Shown: positions 25,006 to 38,462 of the stretch, piece by piece
How the letters are laid out: every line of letters begins with the position of its first letter
Numbering within the stretch: position 1 is the first letter of the stretch
NCBI GenBank assembly: GCA_003971905.1
Contig: RSEE01000015.1
Span: forward strand, 806,001 to 870,000
Direction of reading: 5' to 3'
DNA length: 64,000 bases
Source: Moniliella sp. 'wahieum'
Taxonomy: Eukaryota
Position numbers and translations under genes: made by a program
Notes under the pieces: model-generated
Told to the model about the DNA's origin: nothing
Seen by the model: only the letters and a program-made list of their open reading frames with translations
Databases searched by the model: none

Positions 25006-25417
25006 ATGGCGCGCATCTACAAGCCTGGGAAGGTTGCTCTTGTCCTCCACGGCCGCCAAGCCGGTAAGAAGGTCGTCGTGATCAAGCAGCATGACGACGG
25101 GACCAAGGAACGCCCTTACCCTCACGTTCTTGTCGCCGGTATTGAGCGCTACCCCCCGCAAGGTCACCAAGGCCATGGACGCCAAGAAGGTTTCGCGGCG
25201 CAGCAAGGTTAAGCCTTTTGTCAAGGCCATTAACTACAACCACCTGATGCCTACCCGCTATGCTCTTGAGCTCGAAGGTCTCAAGGGTGTTGTGACCGCC
25301 GACGCGCTTAAGGAGCCGGCTAGCAAGAAGGACTCGAAGAAGGCCGTCAAGAAGCTGTTTGAGGAGCGCTACTTGACCGGCAAGAACCGCTGGTTCTTCA
25401 CACCCCTCCGCTTCTAA
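25006..25417 (+). CDS. RPL27: 60S ribosomal protein eL27 (assembly frameshift at C-run ~25153)
   Basis: [19 protein letters not shown]...AGIERYP/RKVTK...[19 protein letters not shown]...[12 protein letters not shown]; probable 5'UTR intron 24810-25000. Confidence 0.96.
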
Positions 25418-26199
25418 GTGTTCTCTCTTGCAACTGGGCCACCCGTCCTTTTGCATTTGTGCGTGGGAACGCGAGGCCTGATTGAAGGGGTTATAGTCGC
25501 TCTTTCTCCATCCAGCAAGAAGGATCTTTACCCCCTCTGGCCTTGCAACGAGTGCAGGTCGGACTGCACCTTTTTGCTCTGGCCTTCTGAGATTACAACG
25601 CCCCCAAAGTGCATCATGGCTATGATCAACCTCAGACCTCATGACTCAGTATGGCTTTCAGGCGCTAGATGTAATGCAGGTAATAGTAGTAGTTGCAATT
25701 GTGCACCATTTGCACACATACATGACATTAGGAGACCACCGAGCCTGATATAGGGCACGACATTTTCGGGCCGTTGTCCGTCACTCCAACGCGAACCCAC
25801 TGATATCCCTCTGACACTCGCTATCCTACTACTCTCCTGCACATCACTGTGTCCACAACAGCTGTTCAGTGTACGTTCTTTGTGAGCTCCAGGTTGTCAT
25901 GCGCACCACCCATCACTTCCAAAACTTTAGTACCATTGCATATGTATCGTATGTATTGCTCTATCTGCTACCAACAGCCCCCGACGGCCTTCAGTCCGGG
26001 AAAAATGTCAGCAATTCTCCAAAGAGGATTATTACAAAACCACACGCACGCTTTCCTGGACGTCCACACAAACATGCAATTCCCTGCATCATGAACAACT
26101 CCGCCACGTGGAAAAGGCACCAACCATCAAAAAGACAATGAAAGCGTTCGATGCCTTGAGCAAGCCGACGGTTGATATTGTGGGAAAAACTTGACCTCA

Positions 26200-27497
26200 G
26201 AAGGAGATGAGAAACTGTCGGTCCATTCCATTCCTCTCACATGTTGGGTGCTGCGGGGGCCGATCCTGCCGCCGAAGAGAATTACCAACACTTCACTCTG
26301 TTGGGTTTACTAGGGATTGCCTATATGCAATCTTCTTAGCTCCGACCTGGGCTGTTGCCAACAGTGGTTCGGTCTATATTGGCTTAACCTTGAGGTCCAC
26401 AGTTGACGGATTATGGGGTACGACGCGTTATATGTCGCACACGGTCGATGGGCGGGGCCGAGACCCTTTCCCCCTTACATGACAAAAGGTCACATCTTTT
26501 GGTCCACCCAAGGTGCCCACTACAGTTGGTTATTTCCTTGTACCGTAAAACACGTGCTGGACATATACTAGTTGTTACCTCAACGGTAGGCTAGACTATT
26601 GTGTGCGGTTGAGTTGCCCTTAACTCTACCGCTCCATTACTTGTAAAGAAATTTGTTGCAGCGGCAGTGACTGACACTCTATTATCTGGCACATCCAAAC
26701 TGGGTGCTCACGAAATGGTCTATCTTCGTCGTGTATATCGCTCTTATTGGCTCGTCTAGTACCTTTAACCGTTTTGGGGGTGCGGATTCTCAACACGTTC
26801 AACAAGTTTCCCTCGCTTGAAGCATTCTTAGCTTCTTCGTCATCTTTGTCGCCCCGCTTGCCTGCTTCAATTCGCGCCTGCGCAGTGGAGACTGGATTTT
26901 CGCTACTTTTGTTAACGAAACTGGTTGACCAGATGGCATTGCTTGCATTATACAGTGGGATAAGCACAGTGCTCTTTATAGTCGGAGCTAGTGTGTACAA
27001 AATCCTCTTGTATCGTTTGCCATAAAAGATATGACACTGACTAGATGCATTTTCCGGGGGGTATAGCCCTCTTGATTACTGAGAGATTCTCACGCCAGTT
27101 CTATGGGGAAAACGCACCGCTATATACTAGCTATGTGATAGCGTCATACGTCATCGTCGGGGAGTCATCCTTCATACTTCTGATTGCTGTTTTGGGCGCA
27201 ATAACCGACCCTGTCACCGTCAGCTACGCCCAGGGTGGAGAGTTTCTCATCGTTTCTTACCAGTCTCTGCGCAACTTGGAAAAGGAACAATTTTCTCTTG
27301 AGTGTGGTAGCATTTGGAACACTATTTTTCATTCTGCCGGCCTTGATGATTACCCCCAGCAGGATGATTCAATCGTTTGCGAGCGAAAGGTAACTTTCCG
27401 CATTGGTTTGAATGAGATGTCTGAGAGCCGTGAGTCGCCGTCGGTCTGGGCCACACTGTGTTCATCATCAACCATTTTTGCGGTTCATTTGTTTTGA
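26200..27497 (+). CDS. Putative orphan multi-pass membrane protein (fragmented)
   Basis: Hydrophobic ORF segments 26747-27025 and 27045-27497 with plausible intron signals; no recognisable family. Confidence 0.22.
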
Positions 27498-29727
27498 TGG
27501 TTATTTGACAGGAGTTGAAGATGTGGGAAAAGATGGGGATCATATTCATCCAGTGGAAAGAGGGCAAGGGGGATATATGATGCCTCGGAGAAGAAGAGAA
27601 CATGGCGAGCTAAGTCACACGGATAGGAAAGGGGAGAATAGTCAATGGGGAAAACAAGGTCTCGAACAAACCACAGAGACCCGTCCAAACCTGTTGGTGA
27701 GTAGAATTGTGACCAGGTGGATCTGACCCCGACAGGCTGCCTCATTTTTGTCCCTAACCACAAATACTTCTTTCCATCATCCAAAGTGCATTGGTTGTTC
27801 TTTCAGTTTAGTTTTGTCTTTTCCCTGCGAGCTTGCCATATGTTCTTCTGCTGGGGGCGCAAAAAATTGTTGGATAGGATGGGGATTCAATCCCGCCGGT
27901 CCTGAGACGGTTGGGACCTATTATTGCAAATGCCGCTTCTCTGGGCTACAAATGTCGTTTCTCTGTTGGGCTACCTACTCTGACGCCGGTGCGGTCCTGC
28001 TTTTCCCATCCGTATATATATTTGGGGAGAGGAACGACTGGTCTCTTCAGCCCTCAACTGGATAATGTATTGTGTTTTGGGGCGTTGACTCATTTCAGTA
28101 CAAGGAACTAACACTTCCAGCCTCACTATCATACGAGGCATTCTACTAGTAAATCATATGGTAGCCTCTCCGACGAAAGACTCGCTCCCTGCAATACAGT
28201 GGTACTTACTAGTCTCTCCCTCAACAATTCCAAATCTGGCGAGTTCGTGGCCATGTGAGCAAGCGACTTGGTGCTTTCTTCTGAAGCACCCTCCTGCTTC
28301 CTAACGCCACCATCATCCATCTCTCGCCCGCAATTGATCACCTATGGTACTGCCCTATATACACCTGAACATCCACATTTTGCGAGGTCTCCATATATAG
28401 CCACAGATGCATCTCGAAAAACCAAAGTCTCTCTGTTAGAGGGTACTGCTACGGTTCTCCTGTGCGGCCCTCAATGGATCGGTGATACTCGCCTGGCCGA
28501 GCGGAAGAGTTCCGCTCGCAGGCCGCGCACGCCTACTCGCTCCTTCCTTCTCTCTCTCCTTTGTTCTTCCCTTCAGACGTTGCTTGAGACTTTTGTGGCT
28601 TATATACCACTTTGCCTTCACGCCTTGTCTGAAGGTACGCCTCTGCTTCCTTTCTTGACCTGTTGCTCCTCACAAGCAGACGTTGCTTGAAAAGACTTGC
28701 GGCTCACCCACTTTGCCTTCAAGCTTCAAGCTTCACGCCTTATCTGAAGGCTGCTTTGCAGCTGATCCATAGGATCGCGAGTGTTCCCAAGTCGCTCTCT
28801 AGCACTCTCGACCATCGAGTATTGAAGCGTCAAGTTGCAAAACGCTGCCACTACTCATCACCCAAGCACATATACCACTGGTCGCCGCCCCGACGATCAT
28901 CAAACATCATGCAATGCCTCATGCATCATGCATGTGCGTCACTACCCGGGCTCGATGCATGTGAATCTTCCCACGGGGCCTGGGCCTGATGAAGCTTGAA
29001 GCTTGAAGCTTGAAGACATGAAGCTGAGAGGCTGATGCAGAGAGCTGAGGCTGAGAAAACCAATATTCAGCCGCTGAAATTCAGCGTTCAGCTGGTTCAT
29101 CGATCGACGAGTTCATCAATCACGATCAACGAAGCCTTTATGATGGCACAGCCCCGCAGTAATGCACGTATACCGTCTTCTCCCCTACCAGAGACTCAAG
29201 AGGAGGACCTTGCAGGACCCGTTCAAGTAGTGGTGGTGCACTGCATTAGCGTGGAAACGCCGTGTGACAAATGTGGCCGAGTGCATATAGGACGCGGAAA
29301 CGTGACAAAATGATAATGATGCAGACAGCAGCATGATAAGTAAGCGACGTAATTTAAACGTTCAATGAGGTCAGTAGGCGCTAGTAGGCTAGTAGCTAGT
29401 AGGCGTACGCCACGCGTCATGCATCATGCCCCTGCATCACGCGTCATCCCGTCGGTGGCTATTCTCAATTGATTCATTTAAGGGCTGGATCCTTAATCAT
29501 GATGCATGATGCAAGAGGATCGATGATCGATGACACACGTAATTGGAGCGCCTCGCAAGCCCCGAAGAGCCTGAGACCGCCCCAGGGCTCAGGCTCAGGC
29601 TTTTGAGGCAAGACATTTGTGACACATGCGTTCGGGGTTGACCGAACCAGCAAAAAAAACTGTCCGATTCGCTACCGCCGCTTCATCAACCTCATCGCGA
29701 ACGCAACCACCGCCATTCATCCATCCG

Positions 29728-31633
29728 ATGGCCTTGCGTGCGATGGTGCTGTCGTATTTTGTGCTCGCCATCCTTTCCACTGCCGCGGCTCCATCAGTGC
29801 TGGCAGCCCCCACGTTTCCTCAACCTTGGAACTTCATCCATTCCCGCTCCAACACCATCTCGCCCGATGCACTGGTCGATCTGGGTTATGTGCGCTACCA
29901 GGGCTCCGTCAATCCCTCAACGCAACTGCGTTCCTGGCAGGGCATCCGTTACGTTGCCCCTGCAACACCCGAAACGCGTTGGCAAACGCCGTCACCACCC
30001 CGAGTGGAGAACCTGACAGTCCCAGCCCTGATTCCTCCTCCAAGTTGTCTCCAGCAACCTGCGTCCGGCCTGGCAGCGCCGATAACACAGGCTCCTCTGA
30101 GGACTGCCTCTATGTTAACGTCGTTTCGCCTTCCAATGCAACCAGCCTCCCGTGTTGGTCTGGTTCCATGGTGGAGGTAAGTTCTCCGAAATTGATCTAG
30201 GTTGCATATACTGACGCAGCGTAATTGCTTTGGTGCAGGATACGCATCTGGGAGTGCAAGTTCGTATGACCCCACGAGCCTTATGCAGACCAGCACCTCC
30301 AAATTTGTCTTCGTCGCAGTACAATACCGACTAGGCATTCTTGGCTATCTGTCCTCTACGGATCTATCCCAAAACGCAGGTACAGCGAATGTGGGCATGT
30401 TTGACCAAAATGCGGCGCTCCAGTGGGTCCACGACCACATCGCTGCATTTGGTGGAGACCCCACTCGGGTTACTATTGCAGGTCAATCAGCTGGTGGTGG
30501 TGCGGTGTTGCACCACAGCGTTAGTTACAACGGTTCACTCGGCACCAATCTCTTCACGGGAATAATTGCTTCCTCCCCCTCCCCCGGTCTGCCTAAGACG
30601 GAATGGTTCAACTCATCCACAGTCGAGAAGCTTTACGCCGATGTGGCTGAGGCAGCCCAGTGCGGCTCGGGATCTGCTGTGGAGTGCCTAAGGAAGCTCT
30701 CTTTTGACGAGATCCAAGTATTGAGTCAGAACATTACGAACAGGAGCCCAAATGGCACATGGCCTTTCAATCCTGATTGACGGGTTCTTTTTGACGGACC
30801 AACCTGCCACGCTATGGCCCAAGGCAAAGTGAACGGCAAGTATGCCATGGTTGGCCATAACGCTGAGGAGGGAACCGCCTTGTACCAAACTCTGTGACGA
30901 ATGACACGGATTCGGCGGCCTGGTTGGCGCAGTCTATGCCTTTCCTTGGGGGCAATACCACAACAGCCGATGTCCTCAGTCAATACCCCTTCGACGATTC
31001 CGTGGACGTAAACTTTGCTACCTCCGGAACTAGTTTACCCACCGCTTCCTCTACCACTTCCACCACCTTTGGCCCGCACGCTCGTCTTTCCAACATCTGG
31101 GCCGAGGCCGATATTATTTGCCCCAGCTTGTGGCTAGCGCAGGCGTACGGTACGAATGGCTTCGCATATCAGTACTCTGTCGTACCTGCTCTTCATACCT
31201 CCGACCTTTCGCTTATATTCCCTTCTACTGCTCTTCAATCTTTCCACGGACCTGAACTCGGGACTGCATTCCAAACATTCTGGACTGATTTTATCTCTGA
31301 GAACAACCCACGTTCACAGGCCTGCCAAGTTCAAGCCACGGCCCTTAGCGGGTTGGGGCCAGCAGCAGAGAGCAGCAACGCTGCCCTTTGTACTTGGCCT
31401 AGTACCGGCAACCAGTCTGTCCAACAAGGAATCAGCCGGGCTTCAGCTTCCTCAACCTCAATCAGACCGGTGGCCATGCGAGACGCCACAAGTTCCACCC
31501 CCCTTTGGGTACCACTTATTATGCCAGTCCAGGACTGAGTAACAACTTCACCGTCGCTGATGCTTACTCGTGGGAGGGCGGCCGTGGTGCACGGTGTAAC
31601 TGGTGGCGCTCGCTCATTACCCAAGCTGTGTAA
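29728..31633 (+). CDS. Secreted type-B carboxylesterase/lipase
   Basis: Signal peptide; VDLGY; SEDCLYVNV; WFHGG|GY across an intron; YRLGILGYL; DQNAALQWV..IAAFGGDPTRVTIAGQSAGG nucleophile elbow; ALHTSDL; C-terminal EGGRGARCNWWRS. Confidence 0.92.
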
Positions 31634-31976
31634 CGCGTGTAATGCCATGATGCTGCATGGTGCGAGGCCCGTCCACGGGCCATGTCTCTCGTGTGTTTAC
31701 GATGTCAAAACAGAAGCTTACTCTCCCTATCAACACTAAACTCCCGAACTTGGTGCTATTATACGAATCATCATCGACGTCGCGCTTGATTTCGATAACT
31801 GATATCGACTTTCATACGGTCTTTCGGTTCCTTTCTTCCTGTCCTCTCGTATAATTTAGCACGGTTTTGCATACTGCTTTGTCACATCCGTACGTTATAT
31901 CCGTAGATGACATGGAGAGAAGTGCTTGGTGTATTCAGCTGCCTGCGTCTGGTGACTATCAGCTTGTCATTACAAG

Positions 31977-32073
31977 GGCGAGATAGCGAAGTGGTCTAAC
32001 GCGCTGTGTTAAGGATTAAGTTCATCCCTAACCGCAGTCCTCCGGGGCGTGGGTTCGAATCCCACTCTCGTCA
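31977..32073 (+). tRNA. tRNA-Leu(AAG) with 17-nt intron
   Basis: GGCGAGA/TCTCGTC+A acceptor, D-loop AGTGGTCTA, CTGTG-TTAAGG[intron]C-CGCAG, variable arm, GTGGG-TTCGAAT-CCCAC, TTTTT terminator. Confidence 0.93.
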
Positions 32074-32169
32074 TTTTTCATTTGCCGTGCAGAAAAGTCT
32101 TTGAACATCGGACCGCGATCTGAACGCGATCCATGTGTCGGCACATCCACCACGTAGTGGCAATCACTA

Positions 32170-32350
32170 TCTCTAGTCCTAGTAGTCCTAGGCATCGACA
32201 TCTCTCGTCCGCGTCACTAGTCACTAGTCACTAGTCACTTGGGATGTGCGGGGGACCGGCCGGTGACCGGTGACCGGTGACCGGTGACCTCTGAGATCAA
32301 GCATTATGACGGGTGACGCTGATACATAGTCGATGATGGTGACCGATGAT
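32170..32350. repeat. Heptamer palindrome arrays (GTCACTA)4, (GGTGACC)4
   Basis: 32213-32239 and 32262-32289 visible directly. Confidence 0.9.
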
Positions 32351-34421
32351 GGGTGATAAATGATGTCTTACGGAGTCCGGGGTTAATTTTAATCGGCGTC
32401 TCTCGCCACTGGCCCCCACAGCAGGGCGGGGGCGCTGTAAACATGTAAACGCCAAAGTGTGGAACTTACTGAGAACTGAGAGAAGTGAGAGCCGAGAAGT
32501 CAGTCTGAACGCAAGGAGGAGGCTTTCTGTGACGCCACGCTGGTGTAGTGGCGACGGTAGCTCAAGCCCGGAACCTTCGCATTCTCTCATTCCTTGCAAT
32601 AGTATATCCTTCTTTTGGCGGGCAGGAATGTTCTGTATAGTAGCCTCTGTTAGTAGCTCATGTGCAACGCAATAATGCACCATCAACTTCCTGATCTCTG
32701 GCCTTCTACAGCTGCATGGTCACTACCTGTGCATAAGGTCCAGCGGTGTATTCAGAAAGCTATACATAGCTATAATCGAAATTTCTTGTGCACAATCTTG
32801 TGGGCCTTGCCCACCTTGAATTTTGTAGGAAGTCCTCACATATCTATCCGGAACCTTGTCACCAGTATTTTCGTTAGCTATGTATACTAGTTCGCACCAC
32901 CCCGTGTCCCGCCAAGAGCACGATGTGATCTGACAAGAATCCTTTAGGCATCAGTTTATGTCGCAACAGGTGCCGCGGGCAAGCGGTCTCTTGGCCCACA
33001 TCTTGTTGGTGAACTTACCGAACATGGGCGTCACGGCGTCCCCCCTCCAATTTCTTTGGAATTAAGGCCTCTTGCGGGGCCGATCAAATACATGCATGCA
33101 ATACACCATCTTAACTGCCTGCTCTCTGGTGTTCAATACACTCAGAACACTGGCTGCACGGGGCATGTGCAGGCCCCGTGCCTGTTGACCCTAGTGCCGG
33201 GGCGCGGTCACTAGACACTAGCCACTGTGACCCGTATTCCCGTATATGAGAGGCTGATCAGTCCAACATCTGTTTCGGAAACCATACCTGGTCGATCTAG
33301 ATCGTGTCTCCCTTGCTAAGCCCTCACCCGCTCACCGTAAAACGAAGCTTGATCGTGGGGAAAAGAAACTGGGTCCTCATTGGCTGTATGATAGAGTACG
33401 AGATTGAGGTCCCGACGGATTGGGACGCGATAGAATGTAGGGGTGGGATTCGGGCACCACCGCACTTGAGAATGCGGTCGATGAAAAGGTGGTCGGCTCT
33501 CCAGTATACATTTTATATTGTTAGGCGTGGGATGTATGTACTAGAGGGGGGCAGAAACGTTCGAGATATGGCCAATAATGGAGCTGAGTTTCAGAGCCTG
33601 GTGCCCTGAGATTCCCAGAAAGGTTTGGAAAGGCGCGGGAGGGGAAAGAACGAAGTAGCGGGGCGTCTCATCTCCACAAAGAGCCTAACGCGCATCATAG
33701 TTCCGATAGCTACCAGAGCCTCCGGGATCCTCCCGTCTCGGTCGGGTCGAGGGACCCAACGTACCTATGGGAGTAACGAACCGCGCACCACTGGCTGTGG
33801 AGGGTTATATGACCATCGTGCGTGTTGTTGATTGATGCTGCCCTTCCTTCTGGTTTAAACGGCACCATTCCATATGCAATCTGAATGAATACCATCGACA
33901 TTCAAAGCAAGATTCCTTCAAAACGAGAGTAAAAGGAGACTCGCGGTAATAGGGCGAAGAGTTGGAGGAAAAAGATAAGTCGCAGGAGGATACGGCGGTC
34001 GATGTGGGGATCAGACTCACTTGATCACGTTCTTTGTCACCAAGTTGTCTGGCCCCCTTAATTTGTTCTAGACCTGTTTCCCCCTTTGGATCATGTCCCT
34101 CTTTCCCTCCAGTGATTTAGCTCTGTTCTCTTGTTCTCCGAGGCTATATAACCTCGCTTTCCACTCGATGAATATGATCCTCATCCTTCCCCCATTCCAT
34201 CTCCTTACGATGGGTAATCTCAGGGTGCGGTTGCCTAACTGATTATATATTGTCCTTGGGATCCATAAGTCCTGGGTAGCCATGACGAATTCCCGGATAT
34301 CACAAAAGCGCAGCGGTGGTGGAGACCACCCCCACCCCCCTCACAATCGTCTTCCTTTGCGACCTAGCAGGAAGAAGGAGAGATTGTAGCAGTCACGGAG
34401 ACTCTGCATGGCTAAGTAACG

Positions 34422-35995
34422 TCCATTTCATTGGCAGACTTAAGAAGGCTGGGACAGGGGGAACGCTACGTCTAATCCTAACCGTTCATCTTGCGGGGGT
34501 TACTTGGGGGCACCACCAGGGTCAAGGAACCAGGGGGATCGCCAGGATATCAGGACCCTCCGGCTCGCGCCATCCGGTCCCGTACCCTAGGTAGCGCGTG
34601 TGGACACGGAGGAACGTGGTTGACATCCGAGCGAGGAACCATTTCCACTGAGACTTAGTAGCCAACTCCTTCCAATGCGCAAACAACTTGCTCGCCGTCT
34701 TGGTGCCGTAGTATCCTCGCGTCGTCAAAACCAGGGGGAAAAACGTCTCTTGAGTGCGTCCCTGGTACTTGGCGTTCTTCTCGCATTCTGCTTGTTCAAG
34801 CATCCGAAGCAGCTCCTTCTCCCGGCGTTCCAAGGGGTTGCGGTGCTCGCGTGCACCACCCTCCGGAACGCGCTCTGCGCTGCCAGTGATCCCGTGTCGC
34901 GCAGCGTGTGGTCGACCTCCATTCCTGATCCTCCCAGTGCTCCGGGTCCCATCACGCGGTAGTCAGTGCGCTGTGTCCTCTGTCTCCGGCCATCCTCGTC
35001 CTCCACCATTGGTTCGTTGTGGACATGGGTGTCGGGAATGGAGCGTAGGAGCTGGAGAATGGGCTCCCGCACTGCGTCATGCAACGCTCCAAACTTGGCC
35101 TGGGAGCGAGTGCAATACATGATGTGCTCCAGCGAGGACATGACACCGCACTTGCACATGCTGCGCGTGGTGCGGCACAGCGTGCGGAGCTGGAGACCAA
35201 CCTGGACCTGCTGGTCGGAGAGCCTGAGGTATGGGACGGACGGAATGGCGGAGAGCCAGTTGTGGCTCAGCGGGTTGCTGTGCTCAACCACGTGACGACC
35301 ATCGGCAGCGTCCAGCTTCTGGAGCAGCTCCTGTCGACTTTTCTCCCACATCTCGCGGCAGCGCTGGCGTTGCTTCGTAAATGCGTTGGCCTCTGCCGTT
35401 TGCGGTCCCGAACGGTCAACATAAGTGGTAATAAGATAGTCGTTGACCTCGTTGGCCGCGGCACGGGCGTGGGGCGCGATAACGAGTAAAGCGGGCTGCC
35501 GCATCCTCCTAGCCGGAGAGGCAGGCTCATGAGCATGTCGAAGTGGTCGTCCTTGGCACCTTGGGGATCCTCGTCGCCCGGATCCGTCTGAACTCCGTAC
35601 AGATGAAGGCATCGATCTCGGCCAGCACTTCGTCTAGCTCTCTTCCATCTGCATGGTGCGGAGCAGGTGGCGCAGCTTGGTCTGAGTGCTGAGCCGCCAT
35701 AGTAAGAGGCGTCCCTGGCGGGTGATGCCATCAAACTTAGGCATGTTCTCCTCAGACTGGCCAGTTGGGCCCGGAGCCACGATCGACGACAGTCTACCCC
35801 TCCCACACAAGTGCCCAGAACCTGCAGACCATCCTCCCGGATCTGGTCCCGGTCCCGCTCGACGCACTTGCGCAGGTTGAGCTTGAGGCCTGACGCGTCG
35901 TCTTCCAAAATCTCCGCAGCTTGGCCGGTAATGCCTGGCTCTGGACCGAAAATGGTAATGTCGTCCAGGTATGCCATCACCAGGATTTCCACCTT
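34422..35995 (-). mobile_element. 5'-truncated CRE/Cnl1/MoTeR-like non-LTR retrotransposon (RT C-half + Zn knuckle + RLE)
   Basis: MAYLDDIT, GLKLNLRKC, VLGTCVG, KLRHLLRT, SLPLRLGGCG, WLSAIPS..LRLSD, CKCG..EHIMYC, HDAV..EP..RTD..EVD; frameshifted. Confidence 0.88.
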
Positions 35996-38462
35996 TGGGA
36001 AATCAACCTAATTATACGTTGTAAAAAACAACAAAAAAACAAAAGCCACCACGTCCGCGGTTCCCTCCCGTTACTACACAGCACGGGGCGAATGGTTAGT
36101 AGCTTTTGGTGATAGCGTACTTCTAAGACCGCCGCTAGTGAGCCTAGGCATGAGGTATTCGGTGCCCTTCTTGCATCTGCTCTCCTCGGATGTGCAATCA
36201 AGAGATCAAGTGATACCAAGTTCGCGCCCTCCTGCATCATCAACATATTAATTAGCAGGGAAAAGAACCTACTGGTGCGACGAGACTCGTTCGTGTTGGT
36301 AGGGGGATTTGGGAGGCGAAGATGGCATGGGGCAGGGCACGGGCTGTGGAATGGAAACCTGATGCGGAGCAGGAAGAGAAACGCCCATCCCCGTATGAAC
36401 GATGAGAGGCTGCCACATTACCCTACTCCCCATATTACCAGAAAAGGCGATGAATAGTGGAAGATGAGAGGAATGCAAAGGGGTGGTTCCACACTACTGA
36501 TATATTGAGATGAGCAACAGAAACAACGGCGTACTTGTCGAGTGCATTCTGGTTTTGAATGGCCGACGCATTTGATCTACTGTATGGTATGCGCCAAACC
36601 ACTGCTATAACGTAGGGAGTAAAACTGAAGTACAGAATCATGGTAACATCAATCTTCTAAGAGATGCTCCTTCACCTTTCTCCTTGGCCGCATTTTCTCT
36701 GTCGTCACAGCTAGTACCTCTCATTTTTCTCTTCTACTGCACAGGCGCCAAGACCGCATCTTTTACTCTGGGTATACCGCATCTGGGCGGCAGTGTTCGC
36801 TCAACTGCGAGATTTTCCCTCTGAAGACCCAAGAAGACGGCTTGTAGTACTGGTCTTTCATCAGTAGTACCAAATATTCAGGGAAACTATGTACCAATCG
36901 TGAATGATTATGGGTGTCTGGCTCGACATACGAGGCGTGTGAATGCAGTGATGCGATGCCGACTATCAAAGCGCAGATGCTCGCGTTTGAGGCCAAAAGA
37001 TGTGATGAGATCAATTGGATTATGCAGTCTTCTGCACATCAAACCGTTGACATGAGTTGACAAGCCATGCGGACACAATGGTGCGAAAGCGGACTCATTA
37101 CAAGAGGCAAGAGGGAGATCGACGATGGTGGCGCTATATTGCAGAGAGGTCCGGGTCAAGCACGTCTCAGGTGGTCCGCAGCTGTGAATGTGAGGGAAAG
37201 CGGAAAGTGCACAATGCAGTGGCTGGCCAGCAGTGGCCACTAACCCCTCGGCACTGTTCTATGGAGTGTCCGCGACAGTGCATGCTGCATCCCCCTGCTT
37301 CCGACCCAGACAGGCTTCTCCACTGGAATAGACCCATTCTATTCTACCCACATTCTCCGGCCGTCTCTTGCATCGTGCAATTCTGCAGCGTTGGCCGATG
37401 ATCGAATGATCGATGATCGATGATGCCAAGGACAGCCGCAGAGTGCCTACGTAATAAAACGGCTTCCCCAAGCCGCCCACATTGTGCAGGCAGGGAGGGG
37501 CACTGTGTGTGGACATGTGGACTGCGTATAGAGCTGCGCTGAGGCGCTAGGCCTGAGGCGCTGAGGAGTTACTAGTTACTCAGACTCAGTAGTCACTAAG
37601 TACTGATGGCTGATGCATGTGATGCATGCAGACGAGCGCCTGATGGGTGATGCGGATGTTAGGCGGGCGACTTGTGACTTGTGACATGTGACATTGCGAC
37701 GGCGGCATCCAGGCACAGGGCAGCTCTCTGCCTGGATGGGCCGCCCCCACAGGTGTGGTGCGGGAGGTGGGGGCACCGCGTTTGGCTGCTGGGGGGCTCC
37801 CTAGACTGCCTCTGTGCTGTGTGTCCTGGTCGTGCTTCCTCTGGCTCGGGGGCGGCGGGGTAGGCGGGGGCATCAGAGGGCACGCGACGGGGGTGGGCAC
37901 GAGGCGGGTGCAGCCCATGCAGCAGGCAGCACGCAGCACCCAGCGCCTAGCACGCATTATGCAGCGGCGAATGGGCCGGCCAGGCTAGACTCAGTGCTCG
38001 GTACTCAGACGCCCATATTCGGATCCCAGATCTCACATCGCACACGGCTGGGCTGTGCCCAGGTTGTGCGCTGCGGTGCTGCATACTCCGACTCGCCTTG
38101 GGTCGGTCTCCCCACTCTCGCTCTCTCGCCGCTCTTCCCCCGTCCCCTCGTCGACTTGGACCGCCGCCCCCTGTAACCCCCCCGCCACCCCCCCCCACTT
38201 GCACCCCACTGCCACCTCCACCTCCATCTCCACCTCCACTGCCACCTCCACCCCCATCGTCATTCCTGCGCCCTGCCATGTTGGGTACCCACAGCCACAC
38301 CCCGCGCCTGCATCCACCCAGGCCAGCTCGCCTCTTCGCCCTGCCCCCTCTCCCGCTGACAGCGGCACTCCCAATCGCAGGTGGCGCTCTGTCTTGGGCT
38401 TCCCCAAGCGCTCGTCTCTTGCTCGCAGCGCCTCCCAACGCAGCGACGACATCCCCCCCCAC

